Assembly (NCBI RefSeq): GCF_024502345.1
Contig: NZ_JALDNN010000001.1
Length of the DNA: 64,000 nucleotides
Source of the DNA: Escherichia coli
GTDB lineage: Bacteria > Pseudomonadota > Gammaproteobacteria > Enterobacterales > Enterobacteriaceae
Reading direction: 5' to 3' (one strand)
Position numbers and translations under genes: made by a program. Below are positions 1 through 12,051 of the stretch, piece after piece. The notes under the pieces were generated by a model that saw nothing but the letters and a program-made list of their open reading frames with translations, was not told where the DNA came from and made no database searches. How positions within the stretch are numbered: position 1 is the first letter of the stretch; each line of letters starts with the position of its first letter.

Positions 1-90
1 TGCAATGGCCTGTTCTGAGTGGAAAGTCCCCTGGCTACCAGTAAAGCCCTGGCAGATAACCTTGGTGTTTTTATCAATTAAAATGGACAT
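1..90 (-). CDS. sucD: succinyl-CoA synthetase alpha subunit, N-terminal fragment (gene continues beyond window start)
   Basis: Reverse complement of 1..90 translates [21 protein letters not shown]...; ATG at 88-90 overlaps the sucC stop (TAATG), typical of sucC-sucD coupling. Confidence 0.85.
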
Positions 91-1256
91 TATTTCCCCT
101 CCACTGCGGCAACAACCTGCTGAGCTGCATCCGTCAGACCTTTTGCTGCAATAATATTCAGGCCGCTGTCAGCCAGTTTCTTCGCGCCGAGTTCGGCGTT
201 GTTACCTTCCAGACGTACCACGACCGGTACGTTAACACCCACTTCTGCTACCGCGCCGATGATACCGTCAGCGATCAGGTCGCAACGAACGATACCGCCG
301 AAGATGTTAACCAGAACGGCTTTCACTTTGTCGTCAGAGAGGATGATTTTGAACGCTTCGGTTACACGTTCTTTGGTTGCGCCGCCGCCAACGTCAAGGA
401 AGTTAGCCGGTTCGCCGCCGTGCAGTTTAACGATGTCCATCGTACCCATCGCCAGACCTGCGCCGTTAACCATACAACCGATGTTACCGTCCAGCGCAAC
501 GTAGTTCAGTTCCCACTGTGCAGCCTGTGCTTCACGCGGATCTTCCTGCGACTGGTCACGCATTTCGCGCAGATCAGGCTGGCGGAACAGTGCGTTGCCA
601 TCAGCGCCCAGTTTGCCGTCGAGGCAAATCAGATCGCCCTGTTTGGTAATGACCAGCGGGTTGATTTCGATCAGCGCCAGGTCACGCTCCAGGAAAATGG
701 TCGCCAGGCCCATGAAGATTTTGGTGAACTGCTGAACCAGTTTACCTTCCAGACCCAGTTTGAACGCCAGCTCGCGTCCCTGATACGGCATCGGGCCAGT
801 CAGCGGATCAAGCGCAACTTTGTGGATCAGGTGCGGAGTTTCTTCCGCCACTTTTTCGATTTCCACGCCGCCTTCGGTAGAGGCCATAAAGACCACGCGA
901 CGTGAACTACGGTCTACAACGGCACCGAGATACAGCTCTTTAGCGATATCGGTCGCCGCTTCAACCAGAATCTGGTTAACCGGTTGGCCATTGGCATCTG
1001 TTTGATACGTTACCAGACGCTTGCCCAGCCAGTTTTCTGCAAAAGCACGGATGTCTTCTTTACTGTTTACAACTTTCACACCGCCCGCTTTACCGCGGCC
1101 ACCAGCGTGAACCTGACATTTCACTACCCACGGACCGGCACCGATTTTTGAAGCGGCTTCTTCTGCTTCGCGCGGAGTAGTACAGGCATAACCCACCGGT
1201 GCTGGTAAGCCATAGCGGGCAAAAAGTTGTTTTGCCTGATATTCATGTAAGTTCAT
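90..1256 (-). CDS. sucC: succinyl-CoA synthetase beta subunit
   Basis: 388-aa [23 protein letters not shown]..., ATP-grasp succinyl-CoA ligase beta; length and sequence as remembered for E. coli SucC. Confidence 0.97.
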
Positions 1257-1340
1257 GTGTTCTGTCCATCCTTCAGTAATCGTTATCTTTTAAACCGTAG
1301 ACCGAATATTTCGTATCGCTTCCGGGTATTGTCGGTCACC

Positions 1341-1510
1341 CGTAGGCCTGATAAGACGTGTAAGCGTCGCATCTGGCATCGCTTGTCGGATGCGGCGCGA
1401 GCGCCTTATCCGACCTACATCGGTGCTTCCCGTAGGCCTGATAAGACGCGTTAAGCGTCGCATCAGGCTTCAATTGCCGGAGAAGGCGATAATGTCTTAT
1501 CCGGTCTACA
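1341..1510. repeat. REP/BIME cluster (repetitive extragenic palindromes) in sucB-sucC intergenic region
   Basis: Repeated imperfect palindromes of type GCCTGATAAGACGCG...CGCATCAGGC / GCCGGATGCGGCG...CGCCTTATCCGGCCTAC seen directly. Confidence 0.75.
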
Positions 1511-1531
1511 GTGCAGGTGAAACTTAAACTA

Positions 1532-2749
1532 CTACACGTCCAGCAGCAGACGCGTCGGATCTTCCAGCAACTCTTTGATTGTTAACAGGAAGCCAACGGA
1601 TTCGCGACCATCGATCAGACGGTGATCGTAGGACAGCGCCAGGTACATCATCGGCAGGATCTCAACCTGACCATTCACAGCCATCGGACGATCTTTGATA
1701 GCGTGCATACCCAGAATTGCGCTCTGCGGCGGGTTGATGATAGGCGTAGACATCAGGGAACCGAACACACCACCGTTGGTGATGGTGAAGTTACCACCGG
1801 TCAGATCTTCAACCGTCAGCTTGCCGTCACGGCCTTTAACTGCCAGCTCTTTGATTTTCTTCTCGATGTCTGCCATGCCGAGGGTATCGACATCACGCAG
1901 TACCGGCGTCACCAGGCCGCGCGGCGTAGAAACCGCCATGCTGACGTCGAAATAGTTGTGGTAAACCACGTCATCGCCGTCGATAGAAGCATTCACTTCC
2001 GGGTAACGTTTCAGGGCTTCAACCACCGCTTTCACGTAGAAGGACATAAAGCCCAGACGGATGCCGTGGCGTTTTTCAAATGCTTCACCGTACTGCTTAC
2101 GCAGATCCATAATCGGCTTCATGTTGACTTCGTTGAACGTGGTCAGCATGGCGGTGGAGTTTTTCGCTTCCAGCAGACGCTCTGCCACACGCTTACGCAG
2201 GCGAGTCATCGGGACACGTTTTTCGCTACGTGCAGCCAGAGCCGGTTGCGCCGCCGGAGCAGCCGCTGCCGGAGCAGACTCTTTCGCCGGAGCTTTCGCC
2301 AGATGTTTTTCCACATCTTCACGGGTCAGACGACCACCCACACCGGTGCCTTTAATGGCGCTGGCGTCGAGGTTATGTTCAGCCAGCAGGCGACGGATCG
2401 CCGGGCTTAACGCATCGTTGTTTTGCTCTTCCAGAGACGCCTGCTGGCGTTGCGCCGGAGTGGACGCTTTCTCTTCAGATTTGGCGCTGGTTTCTTTACC
2501 GGCGCTGTTGCCTTCACGCAGGCGACCAAGGATCTGACGAGACGTTACCGTTGTACCTTCATCTTCCAGAACCGCATCCAGAATGCCATCTGCTGATGCC
2601 GGTACTTCCAGTACCACTTTGTCAGTTTCGATTTCTACCAGCACTTCATCACGTACGACTGCGTCGCCGGGTTTTTTATGCCAGGTTGCGACGGTGGCAT
2701 CGGCTACGGATTCAGGCAGGTCAGGGACCAGAATATCTACGCTACTCAT
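1532..2749 (-). CDS. sucB: 2-oxoglutarate dehydrogenase E2 (dihydrolipoyl succinyltransferase)
   Basis: 405-aa ORF with N-terminal lipoyl domain ([26 protein letters not shown]...) and C-terminal acyltransferase catalytic domain (DHRLIDG). Confidence 0.97.
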   Translation of the reverse strand: MSSVDILVPDLPESVADATVATWHKKPGDAVVRDEVLVEIETDKVVLEVPASADGILDAVLEDEGTTVTSRQILGRLREGNSAGKETSAKSEEKASTPAQRQQASLEEQNNDALSPAIRRLLAEHNLDASAIKGTGVGGRLTREDVEKHLAKAPAKESAPAAAAPAAQPALAARSEKRVPMTRLRKRVAERLLEAKNSTAMLTTFNEVNMKPIMDLRKQYGEAFEKRHGIRLGFMSFYVKAVVEALKRYPEVNASIDGDDVVYHNYFDVSMAVSTPRGLVTPVLRDVDTLGMADIEKKIKELAVKGRDGKLTVEDLTGGNFTITNGGVFGSLMSTPIINPPQSAILGMHAIKDRPMAVNGQVEILPMMYLALSYDHRLIDGRESVGFLLTIKELLEDPTRLLLDV

Positions 2750-2763
2750 TGTGTATCCTTTAT

Positions 2764-5565
2764 TTATTCGACGTTCAGCGCGTCATTAACCAGATCTTGT
2801 TGCTGTTTCTGGTGAACGGACATATACCCTACCGCCGGAGAGGCGGAGGCCGGGCGGCCTGCATAACGCAGAGAAGCCCCAAACGGAATCACTTCACGGA
2901 AATGATGCTGGCTGCAGTACCATGCGCCCTGGTTGAGCGGCTCTTCCTGGCACCAGACAAAATCCTTGACGTGAGCAAACTGCTGCAACACTTCCTGCAT
3001 CGCTTTATGCGGGAACGGGTAGAGTTGCTCGATACGCACAATGGCGACATCATGTTGATTGTTCTTACGACGCTGTTCCAGCAGGTCGTAATAAACCTTA
3101 CCAGAACACATCACTACGCGCTTCACGCCCTTCGGATCAAGCTCGTCGATTTCACCGATGGCTGGCAGGAAGGTGCCGTTCGCCAGTTCTTCGAGGCTGG
3201 AAACCGCCAGCGGATGACGCAGCAGGGATTTCGGCGACATCACTACCAGCGGACGACGCATCCCGCGCAGCGCCTGACGACGCAGCATGTGGTAAACCTG
3301 TGCCGGGGTAGACGGAACGCAAACCTGCATGTTTTGCTCAGCACAAAGTTGCAGATAACGTTCCAGACGCGCGGAGGAGTGCTCCGGCCCCTGCCCTTCG
3401 TAACCGTGCGGCAGCAACATCACCAGACCACACATCCGGCCCCATTTCTGTTCGCCAGAAGAGATGAACTGGTCGATAACCACCTGCGCACCGTTGGCGA
3501 AGTCACCGAACTGCGCTTCCCAGATGGTCAGAGTGCGTGGTTCTGCGGTGGCATAACCGTATTCAAACGCCAGCACTGCTTCTTCAGACAGTACGGAGTC
3601 CCAGACGCGGAACGCGCCCTGCCCGTTATGGATGTGTTGCAACGGCGTGTAAGTGGAACCGTTAGACTGGTTGTGGATCACCGCGTGGCGGTGGAAGAAG
3701 GTACCGCGACCGGAGTCTTCACCCGACAGGCGAACCGGAATGCCTTCGTCAACCAGCGTGGCGTAAGCGAGGTTTTCCGCACCGCCCCAGTCGAACAGTT
3801 TTTCACCGGCAGCCATCGCCTGGCGATCGCCATAAATCTTGGCAACGCGAGACTGCATTTCAACTGCTTCCGGCACCGTGCTGATGCGTTTCGCCAGCTC
3901 CTGCAGGCGCTTCATCTCAACTTTGTTCGGGTACTCTTCGTCCCATTCGTGGTTGAGGTACGGCGACCAGGTGAAAGAGTGCATGTTCATCGGACGCCAC
4001 TCTGCCACTACGCAATCGCCAGCATCCAGCGCATCGCGGTACAGGTTAACCATCTCGGTGGCATCTTCCAGCGTCGCCACTTTTTCCTGCTCCAGCTTGT
4101 CAGCGTAGATTTTGCGCGGTGTCGGATGTTTTTTGATTTTCTGATACATCAGCGGCTGGGTTGCGCTCGGCTCGTCGGCTTCGTTGTGGCCGTGACGGCG
4201 GTAGCACACCAGGTCGATGAAGACATCACGTTTAAAGGTGTTACGGAAATCGAGCGCCAGACGGGTCACAAAGGCAACGGCTTCCGGATCATCCGCGTTA
4301 ACGTGGAAAATCGGTGCCTGAACCATCTTACCGATATCAGTACAGTACGGTGTAGAACGAGCATCCAGCGGATTAGAGGTGGTGAAACCAACCTGGTTGT
4401 TGATAACGATACGTACCGTACCGCCAACTTCATAACCACGCGCTTTCGACATGTTCAGAGTTTCCTGAACCACGCCCTGCCCGGTCACTGCGGCGTCACC
4501 GTGGATGGTGATTGGCAGCACTTTGTTGCTGCTCGGCTCATCAAGTCTGTCCAGACGGGCACGAACAGAACCGATAACTACCGGGCTTACAATCTCAAGG
4601 TGAGACGGGTTAAACGCCAGCGCCAGGTGCACCAGGCCGCCATCGGTCTGGAAGTCAGACGAGAAGCCCATGTGGTATTTCACGTCACCCGTGCCGAGGT
4701 GTTCTTTATGTTTACCGGCAAACTCGTCGAACAAGTCTTGCGGTTTTTTACCCAGCACGTTCACCAGCACGTTCAGACGACCACGGTGCGCCATCCCAAG
4801 AACCACTTCGCGGGTGCCGCTGTTGCCAGCGTGGCGGATCATCTCTTTAAGCATCGGGATTAACGCGTCACCGCCTTCCAGCGAGAAGCGTTTTGCGCCA
4901 GGGAATTTTGCGCCGAGGTAACGTTCAAGGCCTTCAGCGGCGGTCAGTTCGCTTAAGAAGCGTTTTTTCTCTTCGCTATTGAAAGTCGCGCGACCAGACT
5001 CGATACGCTGTTGGATCCAGCGTTTTTCTTCGGTGCTGGTAATGTGCATATACTCGGCACCAATCGGGCCACAGTAGGTTTGCTTGAGTGCTTCCAGCAG
5101 CTCGCCGAGTTTCATGGTTTCTTTGCCGCTGGCAAATGAACCGACGTTGAAGGTTTCCTGGAAGTCTGCTTCGGTCAGATCGTGGAAAGACGGATCCAGA
5201 TCGGCCACTTTATCTTGCTGCCACAGTCCCAGCGGATCGAGATTCGCATGCTGGTGACCACGGAAGCGGTATGCGTTAATGAGCTGCAGGACTTTAACCT
5301 GCTTCACATTGGTGTCAGGGTCGGAGATCGTTGAAGAGTAACGTGAAGCGTCTTTCGCCAGGCGGCGGAAATATTCACGCGTTTGAGAGTGGAATTGATC
5401 CGGTTTGACTCCCGTACCAGGTAACTGCTGGAACGTCGAACGCCAGTTAGCGTCAACCGAGTCAGGATCGGTTAAGAAGTCTTCATAGAGCTGTTCTATC
5501 CAGCTCTGGTTTGCGCCAGAGAGGTAAGAAGAGTCCAACCAGGCTTTCAAAGCGCTGTTCTGCAT
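2764..5565 (-). CDS. sucA: 2-oxoglutarate dehydrogenase E1 component
   Basis: 933-aa [34 protein letters not shown]...; thiamine-diphosphate E1 family, length matches E. coli SucA. Confidence 0.97.
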   Translation of the reverse strand: MQNSALKAWLDSSYLSGANQSWIEQLYEDFLTDPDSVDANWRSTFQQLPGTGVKPDQFHSQTREYFRRLAKDASRYSSTISDPDTNVKQVKVLQLINAYRFRGHQHANLDPLGLWQQDKVADLDPSFHDLTEADFQETFNVGSFASGKETMKLGELLEALKQTYCGPIGAEYMHITSTEEKRWIQQRIESGRATFNSEEKKRFLSELTAAEGLERYLGAKFPGAKRFSLEGGDALIPMLKEMIRHAGNSGTREVVLGMAHRGRLNVLVNVLGKKPQDLFDEFAGKHKEHLGTGDVKYHMGFSSDFQTDGGLVHLALAFNPSHLEIVSPVVIGSVRARLDRLDEPSSNKVLPITIHGDAAVTGQGVVQETLNMSKARGYEVGGTVRIVINNQVGFTTSNPLDARSTPYCTDIGKMVQAPIFHVNADDPEAVAFVTRLALDFRNTFKRDVFIDLVCYRRHGHNEADEPSATQPLMYQKIKKHPTPRKIYADKLEQEKVATLEDATEMVNLYRDALDAGDCVVAEWRPMNMHSFTWSPYLNHEWDEEYPNKVEMKRLQELAKRISTVPEAVEMQSRVAKIYGDRQAMAAGEKLFDWGGAENLAYATLVDEGIPVRLSGEDSGRGTFFHRHAVIHNQSNGSTYTPLQHIHNGQGAFRVWDSVLSEEAVLAFEYGYATAEPRTLTIWEAQFGDFANGAQVVIDQFISSGEQKWGRMCGLVMLLPHGYEGQGPEHSSARLERYLQLCAEQNMQVCVPSTPAQVYHMLRRQALRGMRRPLVVMSPKSLLRHPLAVSSLEELANGTFLPAIGEIDELDPKGVKRVVMCSGKVYYDLLEQRRKNNQHDVAIVRIEQLYPFPHKAMQEVLQQFAHVKDFVWCQEEPLNQGAWYCSQHHFREVIPFGASLRYAGRPASASPAVGYMSVHQKQQQDLVNDALNVE

Positions 5566-5741
5566 CGTGATCCCTTAAGCATCTTTTTTATGCTTACTTC
5601 GCCGTGGATACTACCACGCACAGTGATGTGCGTGCCGGGGTTCACTTGCGAGCTCTTGTCTACGTAGTGGCTCGCGAAGGAACCTTTAAAAACTGTCTTA
5701 GTGTCAGGGGCAGTTTTTAAAGATTTCCTGCATTTCTTTGT

Positions 5742-5865
5742 TACGCCTGATGCGCTGCGCTTATCAGGCCTACGGGTAATGACTTGTAGGCCGGATAAGG
5801 CGTTCACGCCGCATCCGGCACTGGTTGCCTGATGCGACGCTTGCGCGTCTTATCAGGCCTACGGT
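5742..5865. repeat. REP/BIME cluster in sucA-sdhB intergenic region
   Basis: Multiple REP palindromes (GCCTGATGCGCTGCGCTTATCAGGCCTAC, GCCGGATAAGGCGTTCACGCCGCATCCGGC) read directly. Confidence 0.75.
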
Positions 5866-6582
5866 TTACGCATTACGTTGCAACAACATCGACTTGATAT
5901 GGCCGATGGCGCGCGTCGGGTTCAGCCCCTTCGGACATACACTGACGCAGTTCATGATGCTGTGACAGCGGAATACGCTGAATGCATCGCTCAAACCGTC
6001 GAGGCGGCTGTCAGTCTCGGTATCACGGCTATCGATCAGGAAACGATATGCCGCTAACAAGCCTGCCGGGCCGATAAACTTATCGGGATTCCACCAGAAA
6101 GACGGACAAGAGGTTGAACAACATGCGCAGAGAATACATTCATACAGCCCGTCGAGTTTTTCGCGCTGCTCTGGCATCTGTAAATGCTCGCGAGCTGGCG
6201 GATTTTGTCCATTATTCAACAGGTAAGGCTTAATTTTCTCATATTGCGCATAGAATTGTCCCATGTCTACCACCAAATCGCGGATCACCGGTAAACCTGG
6301 CAGCGGGCGAATCACAATCTTCTTGCCCGGCTGGTTGAGTGCCGAAATCGGGGTAATACAGGCCAGACCATTCTTGCCGTTCATGTTCAGACCGTCGGAA
6401 CCGCACACACCTTCACGACAGGAGCGGCGGAACGACAGGCTGGGATCTTTCTCTTTCAGCTGGATAAGCGCATCCAGCAGCATCATGTCGCGACCTTCTT
6501 CCGCTTCCAGGGTGTAATCCTGCATACGCGGAGCATCATCAACATCCGGGTTATAGCGATAAATTGAAAACTCGAGTCTCAT
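5866..6582 (-). CDS. sdhB: succinate dehydrogenase iron-sulfur subunit
   Basis: 238-aa ORF MRLEFSIYRYNPDVDDAPRMQDYTLEA... with Cys clusters for 2Fe-2S/4Fe-4S/3Fe-4S centres. Confidence 0.97.
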   Translation of the reverse strand: MRLEFSIYRYNPDVDDAPRMQDYTLEAEEGRDMMLLDALIQLKEKDPSLSFRRSCREGVCGSDGLNMNGKNGLACITPISALNQPGKKIVIRPLPGLPVIRDLVVDMGQFYAQYEKIKPYLLNNGQNPPAREHLQMPEQREKLDGLYECILCACCSTSCPSFWWNPDKFIGPAGLLAAYRFLIDSRDTETDSRLDGLSDAFSVFRCHSIMNCVSVCPKGLNPTRAIGHIKSMLLQRNA

Positions 6583-6597
6583 TTTCCTGTCTCCGCA

Positions 6598-8364
6598 TTA
6601 GTAAGTACGAATCTTCGGCGGGAATGCCGGGCGCAGTTTCGGTTCCATGTTGACGCTTCGGCGCGTCATGGATTCCGACTCTGGCAGATACAGGGAGTGG
6701 CACAGCCAGTTTTCATCATCACGATCCGGGAAGTCGAAGCGGCTATGTGCGCCACGGCTTTCGGTACGGAAGTTGGCAGAAACAGCCGTTGCATACGCCG
6801 TTTCCATCAGGTTATCCAGTTCCAGGCACTCAACGCGCTGGGTGTTGAACTCGCTGGAAGTGTCATCCAGACGGGCATTTTTCAGACGCTCGCGGATAAC
6901 TTTCAACTGCTCAAGCCCTTTCGCCATCGCATCACCTTCACGGAAGACCGAGAAGTTATGCTGCATACATTCTTGCAGCGCTTTACGAATCGCCACCGGA
7001 TCTTCACCGTTACGATTATTGTTCCAGCGGTTCAGACGATCCAGAGATGCTTCAACATCAGACTCGCTGGCATCGCGCAATGCGCCCTGTTCGGCGATAG
7101 ACTCTTGCAGATGCAGACCTGCCGCACGACCAAAGACCACCAGGTCCAGCAGCGAGTTGCCGCCCAGACGGTTAGCGCCGTGTACCGATACACAAGCGAT
7201 TTCACCAACGGCAAACAGCCCCGGAACAACCACATCTTCGCCTTTCTCGTTCACCGTCAGCGCCTGACCGGTCACTTTGGTCGGAATACCGCCCATCATG
7301 TAGTGACAGGTTGGGATAACCGGAATCGGCTCTTTCACCGGATCGACGTGAGCGAAGGTACGGGAAAGCTCCAGGATACCCGGCAGACGGGATTCGAGAA
7401 CTTCTTTACCCAGGTGATCGAGTTTCAGTTTCGCGTGTGGCCCCCACGGACCATCACAGCCGCGACCTTCACGGATTTCAATCATGATGGAACGCGCCAC
7501 CACATCACGGCCCGCCAGGTCTTTGGCGTTCGGCGCATAACGCTCCATAAAGCGTTCGCCATGTTTGTTCAGCAGATAACCGCCTTCACCACGGCAACCT
7601 TCGGTGACCAGTACGCCCGCACCGGCAATGCCGGTCGGGTGGAATTGCCACATTTCCATATCCTGCACCGGTACGCCTGCGCGGATAGCCATGCCGACAC
7701 CGTCGCCAGTGTTAATGTGGGCGTTAGTGGTGGACTGATAAATACGCCCTGCCCCGCCAGTCGCCAGCACGGTAGCGCGGGCTTTGAAATAAACCACTTC
7801 ACCGGTTTCGATGCACAGTGCGGTACAACCCACCACCGCGCCATCCTGGTTTTTCACCAGATCCAGCGCATACCACTCGGAGAAAATGGTGGTGTGGTTT
7901 TTCAGGTTCTGCTGATAAAGCGTGTGCAACAGTGCGTGACCGGTACGGTCAGCCGCCGCCGCAGTGCGTGCCGCCTGCTCGCCGCCGAAGTTTTTCGACT
8001 GACCGCCAAACGGACGTTGATAGATACGACCATCATCAAGACGCGAGAACGGCAGGCCCATGTGTTCGAGTTCCAGAATCGCTTCCGGCCCGGTTTTACA
8101 CATATATTCAATCGCGTCCTGGTCACCGATATAGTCCGACCCTTTTACGGTGTCGTACATATGCCATTCCCAGTTATCTTCATGGGTATTACCCAGCGCA
8201 ACGGTAATGCCGCCTTGCGCAGAAACGGTATGGGAACGGGTCGGGAAGACTTTAGAGAGCAGCGCACAGGTCTGGCCGCTCTGGGAAATTTGCAGCGCCG
8301 CGCGCATACCTGCGCCACCGGCACCAATCACAACTGCATCAAATTCTCTGACTGGCAATTTCAT
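6598..8364 (-). CDS. sdhA: succinate dehydrogenase flavoprotein subunit
   Basis: ORF-track 592 aa trimmed to the [24 protein letters not shown] start (588 aa); FAD-binding GxGxxG motif; start overlaps sdhD stop. Confidence 0.95.
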   Translation of the reverse strand: MKLPVREFDAVVIGAGGAGMRAALQISQSGQTCALLSKVFPTRSHTVSAQGGITVALGNTHEDNWEWHMYDTVKGSDYIGDQDAIEYMCKTGPEAILELEHMGLPFSRLDDGRIYQRPFGGQSKNFGGEQAARTAAAADRTGHALLHTLYQQNLKNHTTIFSEWYALDLVKNQDGAVVGCTALCIETGEVVYFKARATVLATGGAGRIYQSTTNAHINTGDGVGMAIRAGVPVQDMEMWQFHPTGIAGAGVLVTEGCRGEGGYLLNKHGERFMERYAPNAKDLAGRDVVARSIMIEIREGRGCDGPWGPHAKLKLDHLGKEVLESRLPGILELSRTFAHVDPVKEPIPVIPTCHYMMGGIPTKVTGQALTVNEKGEDVVVPGLFAVGEIACVSVHGANRLGGNSLLDLVVFGRAAGLHLQESIAEQGALRDASESDVEASLDRLNRWNNNRNGEDPVAIRKALQECMQHNFSVFREGDAMAKGLEQLKVIRERLKNARLDDTSSEFNTQRVECLELDNLMETAYATAVSANFRTESRGAHSRFDFPDRDDENWLCHSLYLPESESMTRRSVNMEPKLRPAFPPKIRTY

Positions 8365-8711
8365 CACACACCCCACACCACAACGAATCCATAAATCACG
8401 TAAACCACCAGTGCAACGACAATCACCAGTTGCAGCATCAGGCGCAAAGCCAGCGGTTTAACGTAGTCGGTCAACACCTGCCACATGCCGATCCAGGCAT
8501 GGATCAAGATAGAAAACAGCGCCAGCAGGGTGAACACTTTGGTGAACGCAGAGGCGAAGAAACCGATCCAGACTTCATATGTCAGCTCGCCACTGGTGGC
8601 GAAAAAACCGACCATATAAATGATGTAGAGCGTCAGGACGATAGCGGTAGCGCGAACGAGGATGAAATCATGTACGCCATTGCGTCCTAATGCGGAGGCG
8701 TTGCTTACCAT
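8364..8711 (-). CDS. sdhD: succinate dehydrogenase membrane anchor subunit
   Basis: 115-aa hydrophobic [34 protein letters not shown]...; position between sdhC and sdhA. Confidence 0.95.
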
Positions 8712-9094
8712 ACGAGGACTCCTGCGAGAAGTGAAAGCACGACAGTAATAACAAAGGAGATTTTGGCGGAGCGTTTACCCGCTTCGAATGTTTCTTCCAG
8801 ATAGCCAAAATCCATCATCATGTGGCGAATACCTACGACGACGTGATACGCCATAGCGGTAAGGATGCCCCACATGATAAATTTGACGAAAAAGCTGCCC
8901 ATAATCGCGGAAGCTTGCTCGAAACCTTCAGGGGAAGAGAGGCTGGTACCCAGAAGCCACAGCAGGATACCCACTGCAACAAAGGTGATCACACCGGAAA
9001 CGCGATGGAGAATGGACGCTATCGCCGTGATGGGGAACCGGATGGTCTGTAGGTCCAGATTAACAGGTCTTTGTTTTTTCACATTTCTTATCAT
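8705..9094 (-). CDS. sdhC: succinate dehydrogenase cytochrome b556 subunit
   Basis: ORF-track 134 aa; likely start at [28 protein letters not shown] (129 aa). Three predicted TM helices. Confidence 0.93.
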
Positions 9095-9802
9095 GAATAA
9101 CGCCCACATGCTGTTCTTATTATTCCCTGGGGACTACGGGCACAGAGGTTAACTTTCTGTTACCTGGAGACGTCGGGATTTCCTTCCTCCGGTCTGCTTG
9201 CGGGTCAGACAGCGTCCTTTCTATAACTGCGCGTCATGCAAAACACTGCTTCCAGATGCGAAAACGACACGTTACAACGCTGGGTGGCTCGGGATTGCAG
9301 GGTGTTCCGGAGACCTGGCGGCAGTATAGGCCGTTCACAAAATCATTACAATTAACCTACATATAGTTTGTCGGGTTTTATCCTGAACAGTGATCCAGGT
9401 CACGATAACAACATTTATTTAATTTTTAATCATCTAATTTGACAATCATTCAACAAAGTTGTTACAAACATTACCAGGAAAAGCATATAATGCGTAAAAG
9501 TTATGAAGTCGGTATTTCACCTAAGATTAACTTATGTAACAGTGTGGAAGTATTGACCAATTCATTCGGGACAGTTATTAGTGGTAGACAAGTTTAATAA
9601 TTCGGATTGCTAAGTACTTGATTCGCCATTTATTCGTCATCAATGGATCCTTTACCTGCAAGCGCCCAGAGCTCTGTACCCAGGTTTTCCCCTCTTTCAC
9701 AGAGCGGCGAGCCAAATAACAAACGGGTAAAGCCAGGTTGATGTGCGAAGGCAAATTTAAGTTCCGGCAGTCTTACGCAATAAGGCGCTAAGGAGACCTT
9801 AA
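9095..9802. promoter_or_regulatory. sdhC-gltA divergent promoter/control region
   Basis: About 700-bp AT-rich non-coding spacer between divergent sdhC and gltA; in E. coli this region carries both promoters and ArcA/CRP/Fnr sites (established knowledge; individual sites not mapped here). Confidence 0.6.
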
Positions 9803-11086
9803 ATGGCTGATACAAAAGCAAAACTCACCCTCAACGGGGACACAGCTGTTGAACTGGATGTGCTGAAAGGCACGCTGGGTCAAGATGTTATTGATATCCG
9901 TACTCTCGGTTCAAAAGGTGTGTTCACCTTTGACCCTGGCTTCACTTCAACCGCATCCTGCGAATCTAAAATTACTTTTATTGATGGTGATGAAGGTATT
10001 TTGCTGCACCGCGGTTTCCCGATCGATCAGCTGGCGACCGATTCTAACTACCTGGAAGTTTGTTACATCCTGCTGAATGGTGAAAAACCGACTCAGGAAC
10101 AGTATGACGAATTTAAAACTACGGTGACCCGTCATACCATGATCCACGAGCAGATTACCCGTCTGTTCCACGCTTTCCGTCGCGACTCACATCCAATGGC
10201 AGTCATGTGTGGTATTACCGGCGCGCTGGCGGCGTTCTATCACGACTCGCTGGATGTTAACAATCCTCGTCATCGTGAAATTGCCGCGTTCCGCCTGCTG
10301 TCGAAAATGCCGACCATGGCAGCGATGTGTTACAAGTATTCCATTGGTCAGCCATTTGTTTATCCGCGCAACGATCTCTCCTATGCCGGTAACTTCCTGA
10401 ATATGATGTTCTCCACGCCGTGCGAACCGTATGAAGTTAATCCGATTCTGGAACGTGCTATGGACCGTATTCTGATCCTGCACGCTGACCATGAACAGAA
10501 CGCCTCTACCTCCACCGTGCGTACCGCTGGCTCTTCGGGTGCGAACCCGTTTGCCTGTATCGCAGCAGGTATTGCTTCACTGTGGGGACCTGCGCACGGG
10601 GGTGCTAACGAAGCGGCGCTGAAAATGCTGGAAGAAATTAGCTCCGTTAAACACATTCCGGAATTTGTTCGTCGTGCGAAAGATAAAAATGATTCTTTCC
10701 GCCTGATGGGCTTCGGTCACCGCGTGTACAATAATTACGACCCGCGCGCCACCGTAATGCGTGAAACTTGCCATGAAGTTCTGAAAGAGCTGGGCACCAA
10801 AGATGACCTGCTGGAAGTGGCTATGGAGCTGGAAAACATCGCGCTGAACGACCCGTACTTTATCGAGAAGAAACTGTACCCGAACGTCGATTTCTACTCT
10901 GGTATCATCCTGAAAGCGATGGGTATTCCGTCTTCCATGTTCACTGTCATTTTCGCAATGGCACGTACCGTTGGCTGGATCGCCCACTGGAGCGAAATGC
11001 ACAGTGACGGTATGAAGATTGCCCGTCCGCGTCAGCTGTATACAGGATATGAAAAACGCGACTTTAAAAGCGATATCAAGCGTTAA
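9803..11086 (+). CDS. gltA: citrate synthase (type II)
   Basis: 427-aa [39 protein letters not shown]...; RBS AAGGAG upstream. Confidence 0.97.
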   Translation: MADTKAKLTLNGDTAVELDVLKGTLGQDVIDIRTLGSKGVFTFDPGFTSTASCESKITFIDGDEGILLHRGFPIDQLATDSNYLEVCYILLNGEKPTQEQYDEFKTTVTRHTMIHEQITRLFHAFRRDSHPMAVMCGITGALAAFYHDSLDVNNPRHREIAAFRLLSKMPTMAAMCYKYSIGQPFVYPRNDLSYAGNFLNMMFSTPCEPYEVNPILERAMDRILILHADHEQNASTSTVRTAGSSGANPFACIAAGIASLWGPAHGGANEAALKMLEEISSVKHIPEFVRRAKDKNDSFRLMGFGHRVYNNYDPRATVMRETCHEVLKELGTKDDLLEVAMELENIALNDPYFIEKKLYPNVDFYSGIILKAMGIPSSMFTVIFAMARTVGWIAHWSEMHSDGMKIARPRQLYTGYEKRDFKSDIKR

Positions 11087-11114
11087 TGGTTGATTGCTAA
11101 GTTGTAAATATTTT

Positions 11115-11146
11115 AACCCGCCGTTCAAATGGCGGGTTAATTTTTA
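11115..11146 (+). terminator. rho-independent terminator after gltA
   Basis: Hairpin AACCCGCCGTTCAAATGGCGGGTT followed by AATTTTTAT. Confidence 0.8.
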
Positions 11147-11476
11147 TATGCCTAAACACAAAAAATTGTAAAAATAAAATCCACTATCGGACATTCATAT
11201 ATTCTAAAAAAAAATATATCGGTATAAATTATAAACAAATCGATGATTTTTAATCATGTATCTTCCTCTCAGTTACATGAATAAACCACCAAATATAGCG
11301 CCCCCCTATAATTTCCAATACTTTATTCATCAAACATTTAATTCATACCATCAATTAATTACTTTTACATTTAATAAAATTAATAATATTTTTAAGAAAA
11401 ACTAAAAACATTCGACAATCAAATAAGATATTCTTGCACCGATATACTTTTTTCTTTTCTGTTAAAGGACTCCGTT

Positions 11477-12043
11477 ATGTTTAAAGGACAAAAAACATTG
11501 GCCGCACTGGCCGTATCTCTGTTGTTCACTGCACCTGTTTATGCGGCTGATGAAGGATGCGGTGCAATTCATTTTAAAGGTGAGGTTATTGAAGCGCCTT
11601 GTGAAATACATCAGGATGATATTGATAAAGAAGTTGAACTTGGTCAGGTGACCACCAGCCACATTAATCAGTCACATCACAGCGATGCCGTTGCTGTCGA
11701 CCTGCGCTTAGTCAACTGTGATCTGGAAAACTCCAGCAACGGTTCCGGTGGCAAGATTTCTAAAGTTGCAGTCACCTTTGATAGCTCAGCGAAAACCACC
11801 GGCGCAGATCCGATTCTCAACAACACCAGCACGGGTGAAGCCACCGGCGTCGGCGTGCGTTTATTGAATAAAGATCAAACCAATATCGTTTTAGGCACTG
11901 CTGCTCCAGACATCGACCTGGCACCGACCTCCAGCGAACAAATGCTGAATTTCTTTGCCTGGATGGAACAAATTGATCAGGCTACACCTGTAACGCCAGG
12001 CGCAGTTACAGCGAATGCTACCTACGTGCTGGATTATAAATAA
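11477..12043 (+). CDS. ybgD: fimbrial major subunit-like protein (cryptic chaperone-usher fimbriae)
   Basis: 188-aa ORF with signal peptide MFKGQKTLAALAVSLLFTAPVYAA and fimbrial subunit-like C-terminus; preceded by a very AT-rich region. Confidence 0.9.
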   Translation: MFKGQKTLAALAVSLLFTAPVYAADEGCGAIHFKGEVIEAPCEIHQDDIDKEVELGQVTTSHINQSHHSDAVAVDLRLVNCDLENSSNGSGGKISKVAVTFDSSAKTTGADPILNNTSTGEATGVGVRLLNKDQTNIVLGTAAPDIDLAPTSSEQMLNFFAWMEQIDQATPVTPGAVTANATYVLDYK

Positions 12044-12051
12044 GTATTACT

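Noticed and set aside
1257-1454. 65-aa ORF in the sucB-sucC spacer
   Set aside because: The translation is simply a read through REP palindromes (repeated RRPDKT motifs from GCCTGATAAGACG); not a gene.
2551-4863. 770-aa ORF on the plus strand antisense to sucA
   Set aside because: Lies entirely opposite the sucA coding sequence; no RBS context, Arg/His-rich low-complexity translation typical of a shadow ORF in GC-rich coding DNA.
5547-5807. 86-aa ORF between sucA and sdhB
   Set aside because: Overlaps the sucA start and the REP cluster; no RBS; repeat-derived translation.
6697-8394. 565-aa ORF antisense to sdhA
   Set aside because: Shadow ORF opposite a highly conserved gene; translation has no recognisable domain features.
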